Shown: piece by piece, positions 10,242 through 19,413 of the stretch
Numbering within the stretch: position 1 is the stretch's first letter
Layout of the letters: each line of letters begins with the position of its first letter
Assembly (NCBI GenBank): GCA_039815185.1
Contig: JBCBZT010000004.1
Location: 160,001-224,000 of the forward strand
Reading direction: 5' to 3'
Length of the DNA: 64,000 bases
Source of the DNA: Cyanobacteria bacterium P01_A01_bin.123
GTDB lineage: Bacteria; Cyanobacteriota; Cyanobacteriia; Phormidesmidales; Phormidesmidaceae
The notes under the pieces: model-generated
Database searches by the model: none
Told to the model about the DNA's origin: nothing
What the model saw: the letters and a program-made list of their open reading frames with translations, nothing else
Position numbers and translations under genes: made by a program

Positions 10242-11390
10242 TCATCGTTTAGCCATTTGTTGATCCACCCAAATTTTGTCAAAGACGGCTTGATAAATGC
10301 GATTGCGCACTTGAAGTTGACCTCTGTGCCTGATTACCAGTCCTGACAGTTGCAGGCTGACTTGCCCTGGCCAGCTATCTAGCCAATCGCCAACTGGTAG
10401 GCTTTTCTTAATCAGTAAGTGCTTGTATAGGCAGAGGATTTGCCCGACTTGTTGCTCGTTATGCAGTAAGCGGTCGCGAATGGTGCGTAAATGCTCTGGG
10501 ATATCTTGAGCTTCCCAATTGCTGATTACCCGTTTGCTCACTATTTGTTGTATATCTTTGGGCGACAGGGCTGCTTTTTGACGAAATCTTACCTGTACAG
10601 TTCTACAGACAAGGGCACAAAGCTTTTGAGTTAGAAACGGTTGTCCCCCAGTCCATTGTAAGATTTGGTTGAGAACAACTTCAGGATTGTTCACTATTTT
10701 TGCTAGTTCAGGGATCAAAGGTTGAGCTTCTTTGGGTGTAAAACCTTCGAGCTTAATGGTTCCATCCTTATTATCCGAGATAAACGGCTTCAGGTTAGGA
10801 TTACTGATCAAATCAGAGGGAGTTGCAACGCCAAATAGGGCAAAACTCAAGCGACGATAAACTGGATTGTCGTCTGAGCAATTTTTACCGCAGGCGCGAA
10901 TGAAGTCAAACAGATCGTCAACAGAAAATGACAGATTGAGAATGCAGTTGACTTCATCGATAAAAATCACGATTGGCTCTTCACACCTATCCAGCAACTC
11001 CTCAAAGATAAACAGCCGCAGTCGTTGAATCGGACTAAGTTCGCGATGATCACGCCACCATTTTCTATGGTTGGGGAATAGCCCAAAGCTGCCAACTAAA
11101 CTTCGCAATAAATCGGCATACCACTGGTCTGGGGTAGCATTTTGACTACTCATTTCACTCAGATCAATGACCCCGCAGCGCACCCCCGCAGCTTGCAGCC
11201 GACGGGTAGTTTGTACCCGCAGCGAAGATTTGCCCATTTGGCGTGAATTGAACACACAACACAGATTGCCAGCTAGCAACTGCTGGTACAAAGCTGTGTC
11301 TGCTTGACGTTGAATGTAGCTCGGCGCATTAGGAGGCAAACTGCCTCCCACGACCCAAAATTGCTCATCATGGAAACTATCGTTGCCCAT
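10242..11390 (-). CDS. AAA-like (AAA_35) ATPase domain only; truncated paralogue of the downstream gene
   Basis: Co-linear with the first ~385 aa of 6433-10179 (SRQMGKSSLRVQT, GQPFLTQKLC, NWEAQDIPEHLRTIRDRLL); ends at WVDQQMAKR. Confidence 0.85.
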   Translation of the reverse strand: MGNDSFHDEQFWVVGGSLPPNAPSYIQRQADTALYQQLLAGNLCCVFNSRQMGKSSLRVQTTRRLQAAGVRCGVIDLSEMSSQNATPDQWYADLLRSLVGSFGLFPNHRKWWRDHRELSPIQRLRLFIFEELLDRCEEPIVIFIDEVNCILNLSFSVDDLFDFIRACGKNCSDDNPVYRRLSFALFGVATPSDLISNPNLKPFISDNKDGTIKLEGFTPKEAQPLIPELAKIVNNPEVVLNQILQWTGGQPFLTQKLCALVCRTVQVRFRQKAALSPKDIQQIVSKRVISNWEAQDIPEHLRTIRDRLLHNEQQVGQILCLYKHLLIKKSLPVGDWLDSWPGQVSLQLSGLVIRHRGQLQVRNRIYQAVFDKIWVDQQMAKR

Positions 11391-11399
11391 AGGCTTGAT

Positions 11400-12767
11400 T
11401 TAAGAAGCAACAGGGGTCAGGCGATCGCGAAAATAATCACGGTAGAGCTGGCAACTAGGGGTGACCCCAGCATCAGTCAATCGAGTCAAACCTAAACTTT
11501 CGAGTTCAAACGCAAGCCGTTGATCGAGGTCAATGGGGTTAGAAGATCGCACCACTTGTCCATAGGCATCGGCCAACTTTGGGTACTGTTGCAAGTGCCG
11601 CCATCGCCGTTGTAAGTCATGTTGATAAATGCCATTGTCCGTCGGGGCACTGTTCAGCAACGACGCTAGGGTTTGGTTCCCCTGAGCGAGATGATAAAGC
11701 GCCAACCGCACTAAATAGGGGTAGCCCCCAACCATTGTCATTAGGGCATTAACGGCAGCGGTTTCAGTTTCGTTGCTCCAGGTTAATCCATGGCGCTGGG
11801 CCAAAATCTGAACTTGATCGTGGGTAAATTCGGGGAGTTCTACTGAGAATCCCACATTGAATGGAGAACGATGGACGTTTAAAGGAATGTAAACTTCGGT
11901 TGAATGCACAACCACAATCCTCAACCGTTGCCAGATGCTGCTATTACTAACGCCGTACTTGGCTTTCTCATACCAAGCCCGCAGCAACCCTAAAAAATCA
12001 AAAGCTAGCTCCGGATACTTAAAAATTTCATCCACTTCATCGATAGCAAGCACCAATGGCCCGTTCAGGGAAGGCAAAATGTGGTGTTCGAAATAATCGG
12101 TACAGTTGCCATTGCTGCCAAACACGTCATCCCAATACTCTTCAAGTTTGTTGTCTAATCCTAGGTCGCGGGTGACCGTGGCACAAAACCAAGTCAAAAA
12201 CCGATCGAGATCTTTCAAAATGCCCAAATCAGCCTGCTGCAGGCTAAGGGCGACCGTTTGATAATTTTGCTGATGGGCCTGATATAAAATTCGTGCCATC
12301 AGAGAAGTTTTCCCCATTTGGCGGGGTGCTTTAATGCGAATGAGCTGCCCAGGTTGCTGGATATGCCTATAGCATTGGTTTTCAATAAAGAGCGGCTCCT
12401 CGGTTTCGGGATTGATCATTTCGGAGGAGAGACGCTCAATGTAAAACGGAGACTCTAGGGGCACCTGCCCCGTGGGAAACTCAAGCCCGATAGAGGCCTT
12501 AGGTAGGCTGCCATGATGGCGCTGATAATCTCTCAAGGCAGCCTGAAAATTGTTTTTGGTGATTTTTTCTTCCAAAGCTTCGGAAAGCTGCTGCCAGAGC
12601 TGAGAGCCTGCGGTGCGAATGTAGTCATGGGCATAGCCCGCACTCTCGGCGATCGCTTGGTAGGTCTGACCCTCCCAACAAGCCCTAAAGACTAGATCTT
12701 GCACTGTGCTCATACGATGAGGCTTGAGTAACTCATCCACCAATTGCAGGGCTTCTTCGAGGGTCAT
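11400..12767 (-). CDS. N-terminal HTH-like domain + AAA-like (AAA_35) ATPase
   Basis: MTLEEALQLVD...WEGQTYQAIAESAGY...GSQLWQQLS...KITKNNF N-domain; FPTGQVPLESPFYIER, APRQMGKTS, LAIDEVD, SPFNVG; ATG 12767. Confidence 0.88.
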   Translation of the reverse strand: MTLEEALQLVDELLKPHRMSTVQDLVFRACWEGQTYQAIAESAGYAHDYIRTAGSQLWQQLSEALEEKITKNNFQAALRDYQRHHGSLPKASIGLEFPTGQVPLESPFYIERLSSEMINPETEEPLFIENQCYRHIQQPGQLIRIKAPRQMGKTSLMARILYQAHQQNYQTVALSLQQADLGILKDLDRFLTWFCATVTRDLGLDNKLEEYWDDVFGSNGNCTDYFEHHILPSLNGPLVLAIDEVDEIFKYPELAFDFLGLLRAWYEKAKYGVSNSSIWQRLRIVVVHSTEVYIPLNVHRSPFNVGFSVELPEFTHDQVQILAQRHGLTWSNETETAAVNALMTMVGGYPYLVRLALYHLAQGNQTLASLLNSAPTDNGIYQHDLQRRWRHLQQYPKLADAYGQVVRSSNPIDLDQRLAFELESLGLTRLTDAGVTPSCQLYRDYFRDRLTPVAS

Positions 12768-13642
12768 AGCAATGAAAGTATTACAGGGTAAGACAACCAA
12801 AGTGCTAAGGCGAGAGACGATAGTTGTTGGCACAGCTGCCCCAGAGAGTCCAGACTACCCCTAAAAGGCTACTACAAGACTAACGGACATCCCCTAGCAC
12901 CAAAAGTTTAGTCGTAATTGACAGCAGATTCATCGTGACGATTGGATAAAGCGCAGGGAAAATCAGACACAGCTAACCCCATAGCCTATAGAAGGTCAAT
13001 CTGAGCTGCAGGTTCCCACAGTATCTGGAAATGTCGCCGCTGCTTTGATCCTCTTCATTACTACGAAACCCCATAAAACCATCAGGACTGATCTGGCTCC
13101 TTTTTCTCACAGACTATTAATCCCTCTGCCTCGTAGGGTAGCAATGGCACAAATATAAACGTTCCATGAAGTAAATCATTGAGATCTGCTTCCCCGTGTG
13201 TCGGCGTGCACTACCCATCTATCGTCACGATCGCCAACGCTCTCCTTACCTTCAGGAACTTTGCCCAGGGCTAATACTTGTCCTTGAGCTATGCACCAAA
13301 ATCTTTGCCTCTGCTCTAACTTGATCATCTCATTCATGGTTTAGCTTAACCCTCTTCAACCAAGGGTTTCTAGGGGCTGGACTCAATTCTAGTTAATACC
13401 GATTAAGGCTTCAACAGTTGCCCACTGTGCAGCCCATATTGTTATGCCATTTAACTGGTCGTTTGCCGTCTATCGAAAGCAGATCAAGCGGTAGAAACTG
13501 CCACAGTTTCAGCACTTCTAGCACAGGTTTTAGCACTCACGAATGACGGTTGCCAGAAAATCGACTGCTGTTCTTGAGATTCAGCATGTCTGCTAGCTGT
13601 CAGCTAATCAAAAGCAACAATCACCCAAATGGTAAAACAGCC

Positions 13643-15916
13643 ATGAATACAAATACTCGCTCATACTACGTCTCTCCAAGCGGCAACAACAATAATCCAG
13701 GAACAAAAAATCAACCTTGGAAAGACATTGGATATGCGACTGGTCAAACATCTCCTGTACAGGCAGGTGATACGATTTTAGTCCAGTCAGGAACCTACAG
13801 AGAAACCATTACCCTAGGCAAATCAGGTAACAGTCAACAAGGGCACATCACTTTGAAGGCAGCTGGAAACGTTACCCTCCGAGACCCCAACCCTAATAAG
13901 GGCGGTTTTTTTGAAGGGGTTATTCAATCTGCTGAAAAAGGCTATTGGATCATTGATGGTTTCCGCATTGAAAATACATCTTGGGCCGGAATTGCGTTAC
14001 GGGATGCCAACAACATGGTTGTGCAAAACAACCACACCTATGAAACAGGCGCATCAGGTATTATCGTCATGCCTGAACGATACTTCAAGGGTGGCGATGC
14101 AGAAGTAACCAGCTCAGATATCAAAGTCCTTAACAATACGGTAGAGCGCGCCAACTGGAAGTGGAAGACACCAAAGGATCAGGGTTCTCCCCAAGAAGCC
14201 TTAACAATTTGGGGGGTTGATGGGTTCGAAGTTGCTGGCAATCTTGTCAAAGACACGACGAAGGAAGGAATCGATATCAAAACCGGCTCTCGTAACGGTT
14301 CAGTCCACGATAATACAGTGACGGGAACTGCATTGATTTCTGGAACTCCCGCGGCTTATCAAGGAGGGCCTGCCATCTATGTGGACGGTAACAGAGCAGA
14401 TACCTTCAATATAGCTATCCACAACAACACCGTTTACAACAACACAGCAGACGGCATTGTCATCGCGGATGAGGATATTAAGCGTGGTAACGTCTCCGAT
14501 ATCCGTATTTATAACAATGTCGTTTATGACAATGGTCAGCTTGGCATTAATGGAGGCGTTGGCATTGGAGTCTCCAATAATACCGAAGGGGTTGAAATCG
14601 TAAACAACACCCTATCAGGCAATGTTCAGGCCTTTAGAATTGGTGGTAAATCTTCCTCAAAAACGATCAAGGTTGAGGACATCTTAGTACGCAATAATAT
14701 TTTTGCGGATAGTGAGTTTCGCAATGGTTATGTTGGTAATGCCAAAGACATTACTATTGACAATAACTTGTTCACGGATGGGTTTGACAAGCTATATCAG
14801 CAAGAGGCTGTGCAAGACCTTCGTGGCTGGCAAAATGATACGATTTCCTCGGTTGGTTTCGTTGATGCAAAGAAGAAAAACTTTCGTCTGAACAAGTCAT
14901 CCGCAGCGATAGACAGTGGGTCCAATCAGATTCGCAACTATGCTCAAAATGATTTGAGCGGCGTCAAACGTCCCAGTAGCAACAGAGTGGATCAAGGGGC
15001 CTATGAGTTTTTGCAGCAGCGCTCTGGTGTGGCTCCATCTGTATCGACACCCAGTCCGGATCGCGTCGCAACGCCACCTCTTAGCCCTGATGGAAATGCC
15101 ATTGGTGAGTATGGCAACATCAATCTCAATCAAAAATGGCAAACGGTTTCTCTCGATGATGCCTACATTAATCCGGTTGTGATTGTCTCTGACCCTACCC
15201 TCAAAGGGTCAGATCCGGCTACCATTCGCCTCCGCAATGTTACCCAAAATACCTTCCAAATTAGCCTCCAAGAACCCAACTACAAAGACGGCACACACAC
15301 CAATGAGTCGGTTTCTTATCTGGTTGTGGAGGCTGGAGATTGGGAGCTGACGGATGGCACTCGCATCTCGGCGGGCATACAAAACTCCACTCGTCTAACT
15401 CCCCAGGGCTTTAACAAGGTTGACTTAACGGGTTTTGAGTCTGCCCCCACAGTATTGTCTCAGGTGCAAACGTTTAACGGAGGGGATTGGGTCACTACCC
15501 GCACCACGGGGCAGACTTCAAGCGGCTTTAAGCTTGCCATGCAGGAGGAAGAGGCTCTAAATCAGGGGAGTCATGCCCAAGAAGCCATCGGCTGGTTGGC
15601 AGTTGATCAGGGAACTGCCTCTGATGGCGATACCCTGTTGCAAGGGGGGACTACCAGCCGCAGTCACAATCATAATCGATCAAAGGTTAGCTTTAAGGCA
15701 GACTTTGACGCGGCCCCATCGCTGATTGCTAAGCTGGGCTCCTTCCATGGTTCAGACACGGCTAACCTGCGGCTTGATGCTATCACGAGCAATAGCTTTG
15801 GGGTCGGCGTTCACGAAGAGCAGTCCCTCGACGGTGAACTCAATCACACTAATGAATCGGTCTCTTTCTTGGCACTGGAGGGGCAGTCGGGAAGCTTGAC
15901 CGGGCTAAGCGTCTAA
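13643..15916 (+). CDS. Right-handed parallel beta-helix protein with C-terminal repeated lectin-like modules
   Basis: YYVSPSGNNNNPGTKNQPWK, GDTILV..GTY.E, Asn-rich coils, SxAIDSG...DQGAYE cap; then three ~95-aa repeats (PxVxx...NG...F...QEE...HxxExVxYL). Start 13643 preferred. Confidence 0.8.
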   Translation: MNTNTRSYYVSPSGNNNNPGTKNQPWKDIGYATGQTSPVQAGDTILVQSGTYRETITLGKSGNSQQGHITLKAAGNVTLRDPNPNKGGFFEGVIQSAEKGYWIIDGFRIENTSWAGIALRDANNMVVQNNHTYETGASGIIVMPERYFKGGDAEVTSSDIKVLNNTVERANWKWKTPKDQGSPQEALTIWGVDGFEVAGNLVKDTTKEGIDIKTGSRNGSVHDNTVTGTALISGTPAAYQGGPAIYVDGNRADTFNIAIHNNTVYNNTADGIVIADEDIKRGNVSDIRIYNNVVYDNGQLGINGGVGIGVSNNTEGVEIVNNTLSGNVQAFRIGGKSSSKTIKVEDILVRNNIFADSEFRNGYVGNAKDITIDNNLFTDGFDKLYQQEAVQDLRGWQNDTISSVGFVDAKKKNFRLNKSSAAIDSGSNQIRNYAQNDLSGVKRPSSNRVDQGAYEFLQQRSGVAPSVSTPSPDRVATPPLSPDGNAIGEYGNINLNQKWQTVSLDDAYINPVVIVSDPTLKGSDPATIRLRNVTQNTFQISLQEPNYKDGTHTNESVSYLVVEAGDWELTDGTRISAGIQNSTRLTPQGFNKVDLTGFESAPTVLSQVQTFNGGDWVTTRTTGQTSSGFKLAMQEEEALNQGSHAQEAIGWLAVDQGTASDGDTLLQGGTTSRSHNHNRSKVSFKADFDAAPSLIAKLGSFHGSDTANLRLDAITSNSFGVGVHEEQSLDGELNHTNESVSFLALEGQSGSLTGLSV

Positions 15917-16000
15917 ATCCTAAAAACAGAAGACGAATTTGTCACCATAAAATGGCCTCAGGATTTTTGAGGATAGGGCAAATTGGGCCATAGGCATTGC

Positions 16001-17761
16001 TCACAGCACGCTTTGAGGCTGGGGGCTTTGTCTATGGGATTGAATCATGGGGTTAGGCAAATTGAGGGCCCAACGACTGGCAATCGGCATACGCCACCCC
16101 AGGCCAAAGGCACGGTCGGTGACCTTCAACACAGGCGGCGCTTGACGGCGTTTGAACTCAGCCCGTGATAGTAGACCAATGACCCGGTCAACGACAGGTC
16201 GATCATGACCTGCGCTGACAATGTCAGTAGCAGACTCATGGCGTTGAATTAGGCGGTAGAGGATGTCGTCAAGCATTTCGTAGGAGGGGAGCGAGTCGGC
16301 GTCTTTTTGATCGGGTTTGAGTTCGGCGCTGGGGGGTTTGGTGAGGATGTGGGGAGGGATTAAGGGAGAGATAGGAGGCGAGAGACGGGAGGAGAGGGAT
16401 GTTAGAGATTGGTTGAGCCAGTGACAGATGGCGTAGACGCGGGTTTTGGGGACATCGGCGATAACGGCGAGGCCGCCATTCATGTCGCCGTAGAGGGTGC
16501 AGTAGCCGACGGCCATTTCTGATTTATTGCCGGTGGAGAGCAGCAAGTAGCCAAATTTGTTGGCGATCGCCATTAGCAGGTTTCCCCGAATGCGGGACTG
16601 GATGTTTTCTTCAGCGACGCCAAAGTTGGTGCCTGCAAATAAGGTTTCTAAAGTATGGTCGTAGCTGCCCATGAGGTCGCCGATGGCTAGGGTTTCGGTA
16701 TGGATGCCTAGGTTTTCGGCCAGGGCTAGGGCATCTTGCACGGAGTGGTCAGAGCTATAGGGAGAAGGCATGAGCACGCCGAGCACGTTGTCTGGGCCGA
16801 GGGCGGCAGCGGCGATCGCGGCCACTAGAGACGAATCAATGCCGCCGCTGAGGCCTAGCACGGCTTTGGTAAAGCCACATTTTTTAGCGTAGTCGCGGAC
16901 ACCGAGCACTAAGGCAAACCAAATTTCGGCTTCTTCGTTGGGGGGTAAGGGCGCGATGGTGCTGGGTTGAAAGTCTTGCTGATGGTTGTCGTAGTTGAGC
17001 CAGGTGAGGTCGGGGCAGAAGGGACGCGATCGCAGCACGATCTCTCCACTGCGATTCAACGCGACACTGTTGCCATCAAAAATCAAATCGTCGTTGCTGC
17101 CCACCTGATTGGCATAAATGATCGGACAGCGGTAGCGCTGGGCGGCATGGCTAAGCATATTTTCCCGCAAGATTTGTTTGCCGACGTTGAAGGGGGAACC
17201 GGACAGGTTCACCACAAAATCGACGCCCTGCTGGGCTAAGTCGGCAATGGGGTTCGTTTCATACTGGCGTTTGCCCCAAAATTCTTCGTCGTTCCATAGG
17301 TCTTCGCAGATGGTGACGCCGATAGTCACGCCATTAAGTGTGAACACATTCAGCTCATTGCCGGCTTCAAAATAGCGGTCATCGTCAAATACATCGTAGG
17401 TGGGCAGCAACCGTTTGTGAAAGACTTGCCGCACGGTGCCGTTTTGCAGCAGTACAGTGCTGTTGAACAGGGGCTTTTTTCCCTGCTGATCGGCGTTGGG
17501 ATTGGGGGTAGCGATGCCGACGAGGACGGCGAGTTGGGCAGGCAGCGCGATCGCCAGTTGTTTGACTTGGTGTTGCATGGCGGCGATAAAGCCAGGGCGT
17601 AGCAGCAGATCGCGAGGGGAGTAGCCGCAAAGGGAGAGCTCTGGGGTGAGCATTAAATCTGTGCCCTCATTGGCCGCACGGTTCGCCGCTGCTAGAATTT
17701 GGGCGGCATTGCCTTCAAGGTCACCGATGGTGGGATTAAGCTGGGCGATCGCAATTTTCAT
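16001..17761 (-). CDS. nadE: Glutamine-dependent NAD+ synthetase
   Basis: Nitrilase domain (TPELSL, HKRLLPTYDVFDD, ICEDLW) plus synthetase SGGIDSS, TGNKSE, GYCTLYGD, PSAEL; ATG 17761 overlaps the upstream TGA (ATGA). Confidence 0.96.
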   Translation of the reverse strand: MKIAIAQLNPTIGDLEGNAAQILAAANRAANEGTDLMLTPELSLCGYSPRDLLLRPGFIAAMQHQVKQLAIALPAQLAVLVGIATPNPNADQQGKKPLFNSTVLLQNGTVRQVFHKRLLPTYDVFDDDRYFEAGNELNVFTLNGVTIGVTICEDLWNDEEFWGKRQYETNPIADLAQQGVDFVVNLSGSPFNVGKQILRENMLSHAAQRYRCPIIYANQVGSNDDLIFDGNSVALNRSGEIVLRSRPFCPDLTWLNYDNHQQDFQPSTIAPLPPNEEAEIWFALVLGVRDYAKKCGFTKAVLGLSGGIDSSLVAAIAAAALGPDNVLGVLMPSPYSSDHSVQDALALAENLGIHTETLAIGDLMGSYDHTLETLFAGTNFGVAEENIQSRIRGNLLMAIANKFGYLLLSTGNKSEMAVGYCTLYGDMNGGLAVIADVPKTRVYAICHWLNQSLTSLSSRLSPPISPLIPPHILTKPPSAELKPDQKDADSLPSYEMLDDILYRLIQRHESATDIVSAGHDRPVVDRVIGLLSRAEFKRRQAPPVLKVTDRAFGLGWRMPIASRWALNLPNPMIQSHRQSPQPQSVL

Positions 17762-18054
17762 GGTTTTTGCTGCCAATGGTTAAGTTCTTCGTTAATGAAA
17801 TAGGTGACTAAATCTCGGTACAGTTTTTCGATCACGTCAGCACTAAGCCCTGCGGTTTCAGCCCAAATCCGCCGCTGCTGCAACATGGATTCAAACCGTT
17901 CGGATGCGCGTACGCTGGCCATATCTGTCTTGAACTTTGCTGCTGCTTTGACATAGTCAAATCGTTGGCCTAAAAGGGCAATGATTTGCTGATCGATGTG
18001 ATCAATTTCAGTACGAATGTCCTGAATGTTGGTGCAGTCTTGCGGTGTTTTCAT
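17758..18054 (-). CDS. Isochorismate-pyruvate lyase / AroQ chorismate mutase family protein (PchB-like)
   Basis: MKTPQDC..I.DIRTEIDHIDQQII.LLGQR..YVKAAAKFK...ERFESMLQQRRIWAE..GL resembles Pseudomonas PchB as recalled. Confidence 0.85.
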   Translation of the reverse strand: MKTPQDCTNIQDIRTEIDHIDQQIIALLGQRFDYVKAAAKFKTDMASVRASERFESMLQQRRIWAETAGLSADVIEKLYRDLVTYFINEELNHWQQKP

Positions 18055-18060
18055 GGCTGA

Positions 18061-18807
18061 TTAAATAAACACCATGGGTTTGTCTTTACAGGGCTCAAAT
18101 GCCTCTGCATCAAAGCGATATAAGCTAGCCGGACGCCCCGCTCCCCGTGAAGCTTTAACGCCGGTATCTTCTAAAAAACCCAGCTTCAGTAAACGGGCGC
18201 GGAAGTTAGAGTAATCTGAAAATCCATCACCCAAAACTGTCGTGTAAAACTGATACAAATCCCCTAGCGTAAACGTCTCTGGCAACACATCGAACGCAAT
18301 GGGGCTGTATTCCAACTTGTTTTTGAGCCGCTGATAACCGTAGGCCAAAATTTCGTTGTGGTCGAAGGCGAGTTTGGGCACGCGGCTGAGGGGATACCAG
18401 GCAATGCCGCTGACCCCATCGGCAATTAGTTCTGCTTCAGCAAAGCGCACCAAGGCAAAATAGCTGACCGAGAGGTAGCGTACCCCAAAAGCATCTTCGG
18501 CTTCGCGGGGATCACGATCGGGGCCACCAAAGGTATAAAGTTGCTCTAGATAAAGGTTTTTGACTCGAATTTTTTCAGATAACACTCGATAAGCGCCGTC
18601 TTCCAAAGATTCACCCTGCCGCACTAGGGTTCCAGGCAAGCTCCAGTAGCCAATAAAGGGGTCTTCATGGCGCATCACTAGCAACACCAGTAGGCGATTT
18701 TGCTCAATGTCGATTGAGAAAATCACGTTGTCAACGCCCACCTTAAAGTCAGCGAGGGGTGCCTTTACTACCGGGTCGGCAGGGTTTCTCTGGAGTTTGC
18801 CGCGCAT
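18061..18807 (-). CDS. nrtR: Nudix-related transcriptional regulator NrtR
   Basis: Nudix-like domain (WSLPGTLV..GESLE, LEQLYTFG...RDPR), LAFDH, winged helix (NFRARL, GRPASLY); located in the NAD operon. Confidence 0.92.
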   Translation of the reverse strand: MRGKLQRNPADPVVKAPLADFKVGVDNVIFSIDIEQNRLLVLLVMRHEDPFIGYWSLPGTLVRQGESLEDGAYRVLSEKIRVKNLYLEQLYTFGGPDRDPREAEDAFGVRYLSVSYFALVRFAEAELIADGVSGIAWYPLSRVPKLAFDHNEILAYGYQRLKNKLEYSPIAFDVLPETFTLGDLYQFYTTVLGDGFSDYSNFRARLLKLGFLEDTGVKASRGAGRPASLYRFDAEAFEPCKDKPMVFI

Positions 18808-19370
18808 GGATATAAGTCGTTTTGGTGAATGTAAGCTCGAATAAAAGTGGGGACACCGCTGGCTTCTTCATTTTGGCGGTAGCGGGTAGATGAGACATCA
18901 TGGAGCTCGGGCATGTTGGCGATCGCGATCGCAGCCCCCTGATTTCTCAATTCGGCTAAATCCTCTGAGTTGATCGCATAACCCGGTCTGGGAAATACCA
19001 ACACATTGACCTGCTGCAGGATATCTGTAGACCGATACCAACGAGGCAGTTGCTTTACTAGATCAGCCCCAACCACTAGCACTAACTGGGCATCGGGCCA
19101 AATTTCACGCGCTCGCTCAATGGTAATAACGGTGCGTTGATGGCTGAGGTCGCGGTGCAGTTGCACATTTTGATGGGGCACGGGCAGGTTTTGAATCAGC
19201 AGATCCAACATATTGGAACGCTTTTCTAGGGAAGTTTGGTGCTGCTTAAAGGGATTGTCGGCGGCCCACACTGCCACGTGGTCAAACCGATGGGCCAGCC
19301 AGGTCAAAATAGCCTGGTGTCCCTGATGGGGTGGATCAGCACTGGTACCAAATAATGCAATGCGAGTCAT
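18768..19370 (-). CDS. nadD: Nicotinate-nucleotide adenylyltransferase
   Basis: IALFGTSADPPHQGH, NPFK, VVGADL..LPRWY, VSSTRYR. Confidence 0.92.
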   Translation of the reverse strand: MTRIALFGTSADPPHQGHQAILTWLAHRFDHVAVWAADNPFKQHQTSLEKRSNMLDLLIQNLPVPHQNVQLHRDLSHQRTVITIERAREIWPDAQLVLVVGADLVKQLPRWYRSTDILQQVNVLVFPRPGYAINSEDLAELRNQGAAIAIANMPELHDVSSTRYRQNEEASGVPTFIRAYIHQNDLYPCAANSRETLPTR

Positions 19371-19413
19371 AGGCCAGAGTAATGGGGTCAAAATCTGAAG
19401 TCTGGGTCTGGGA

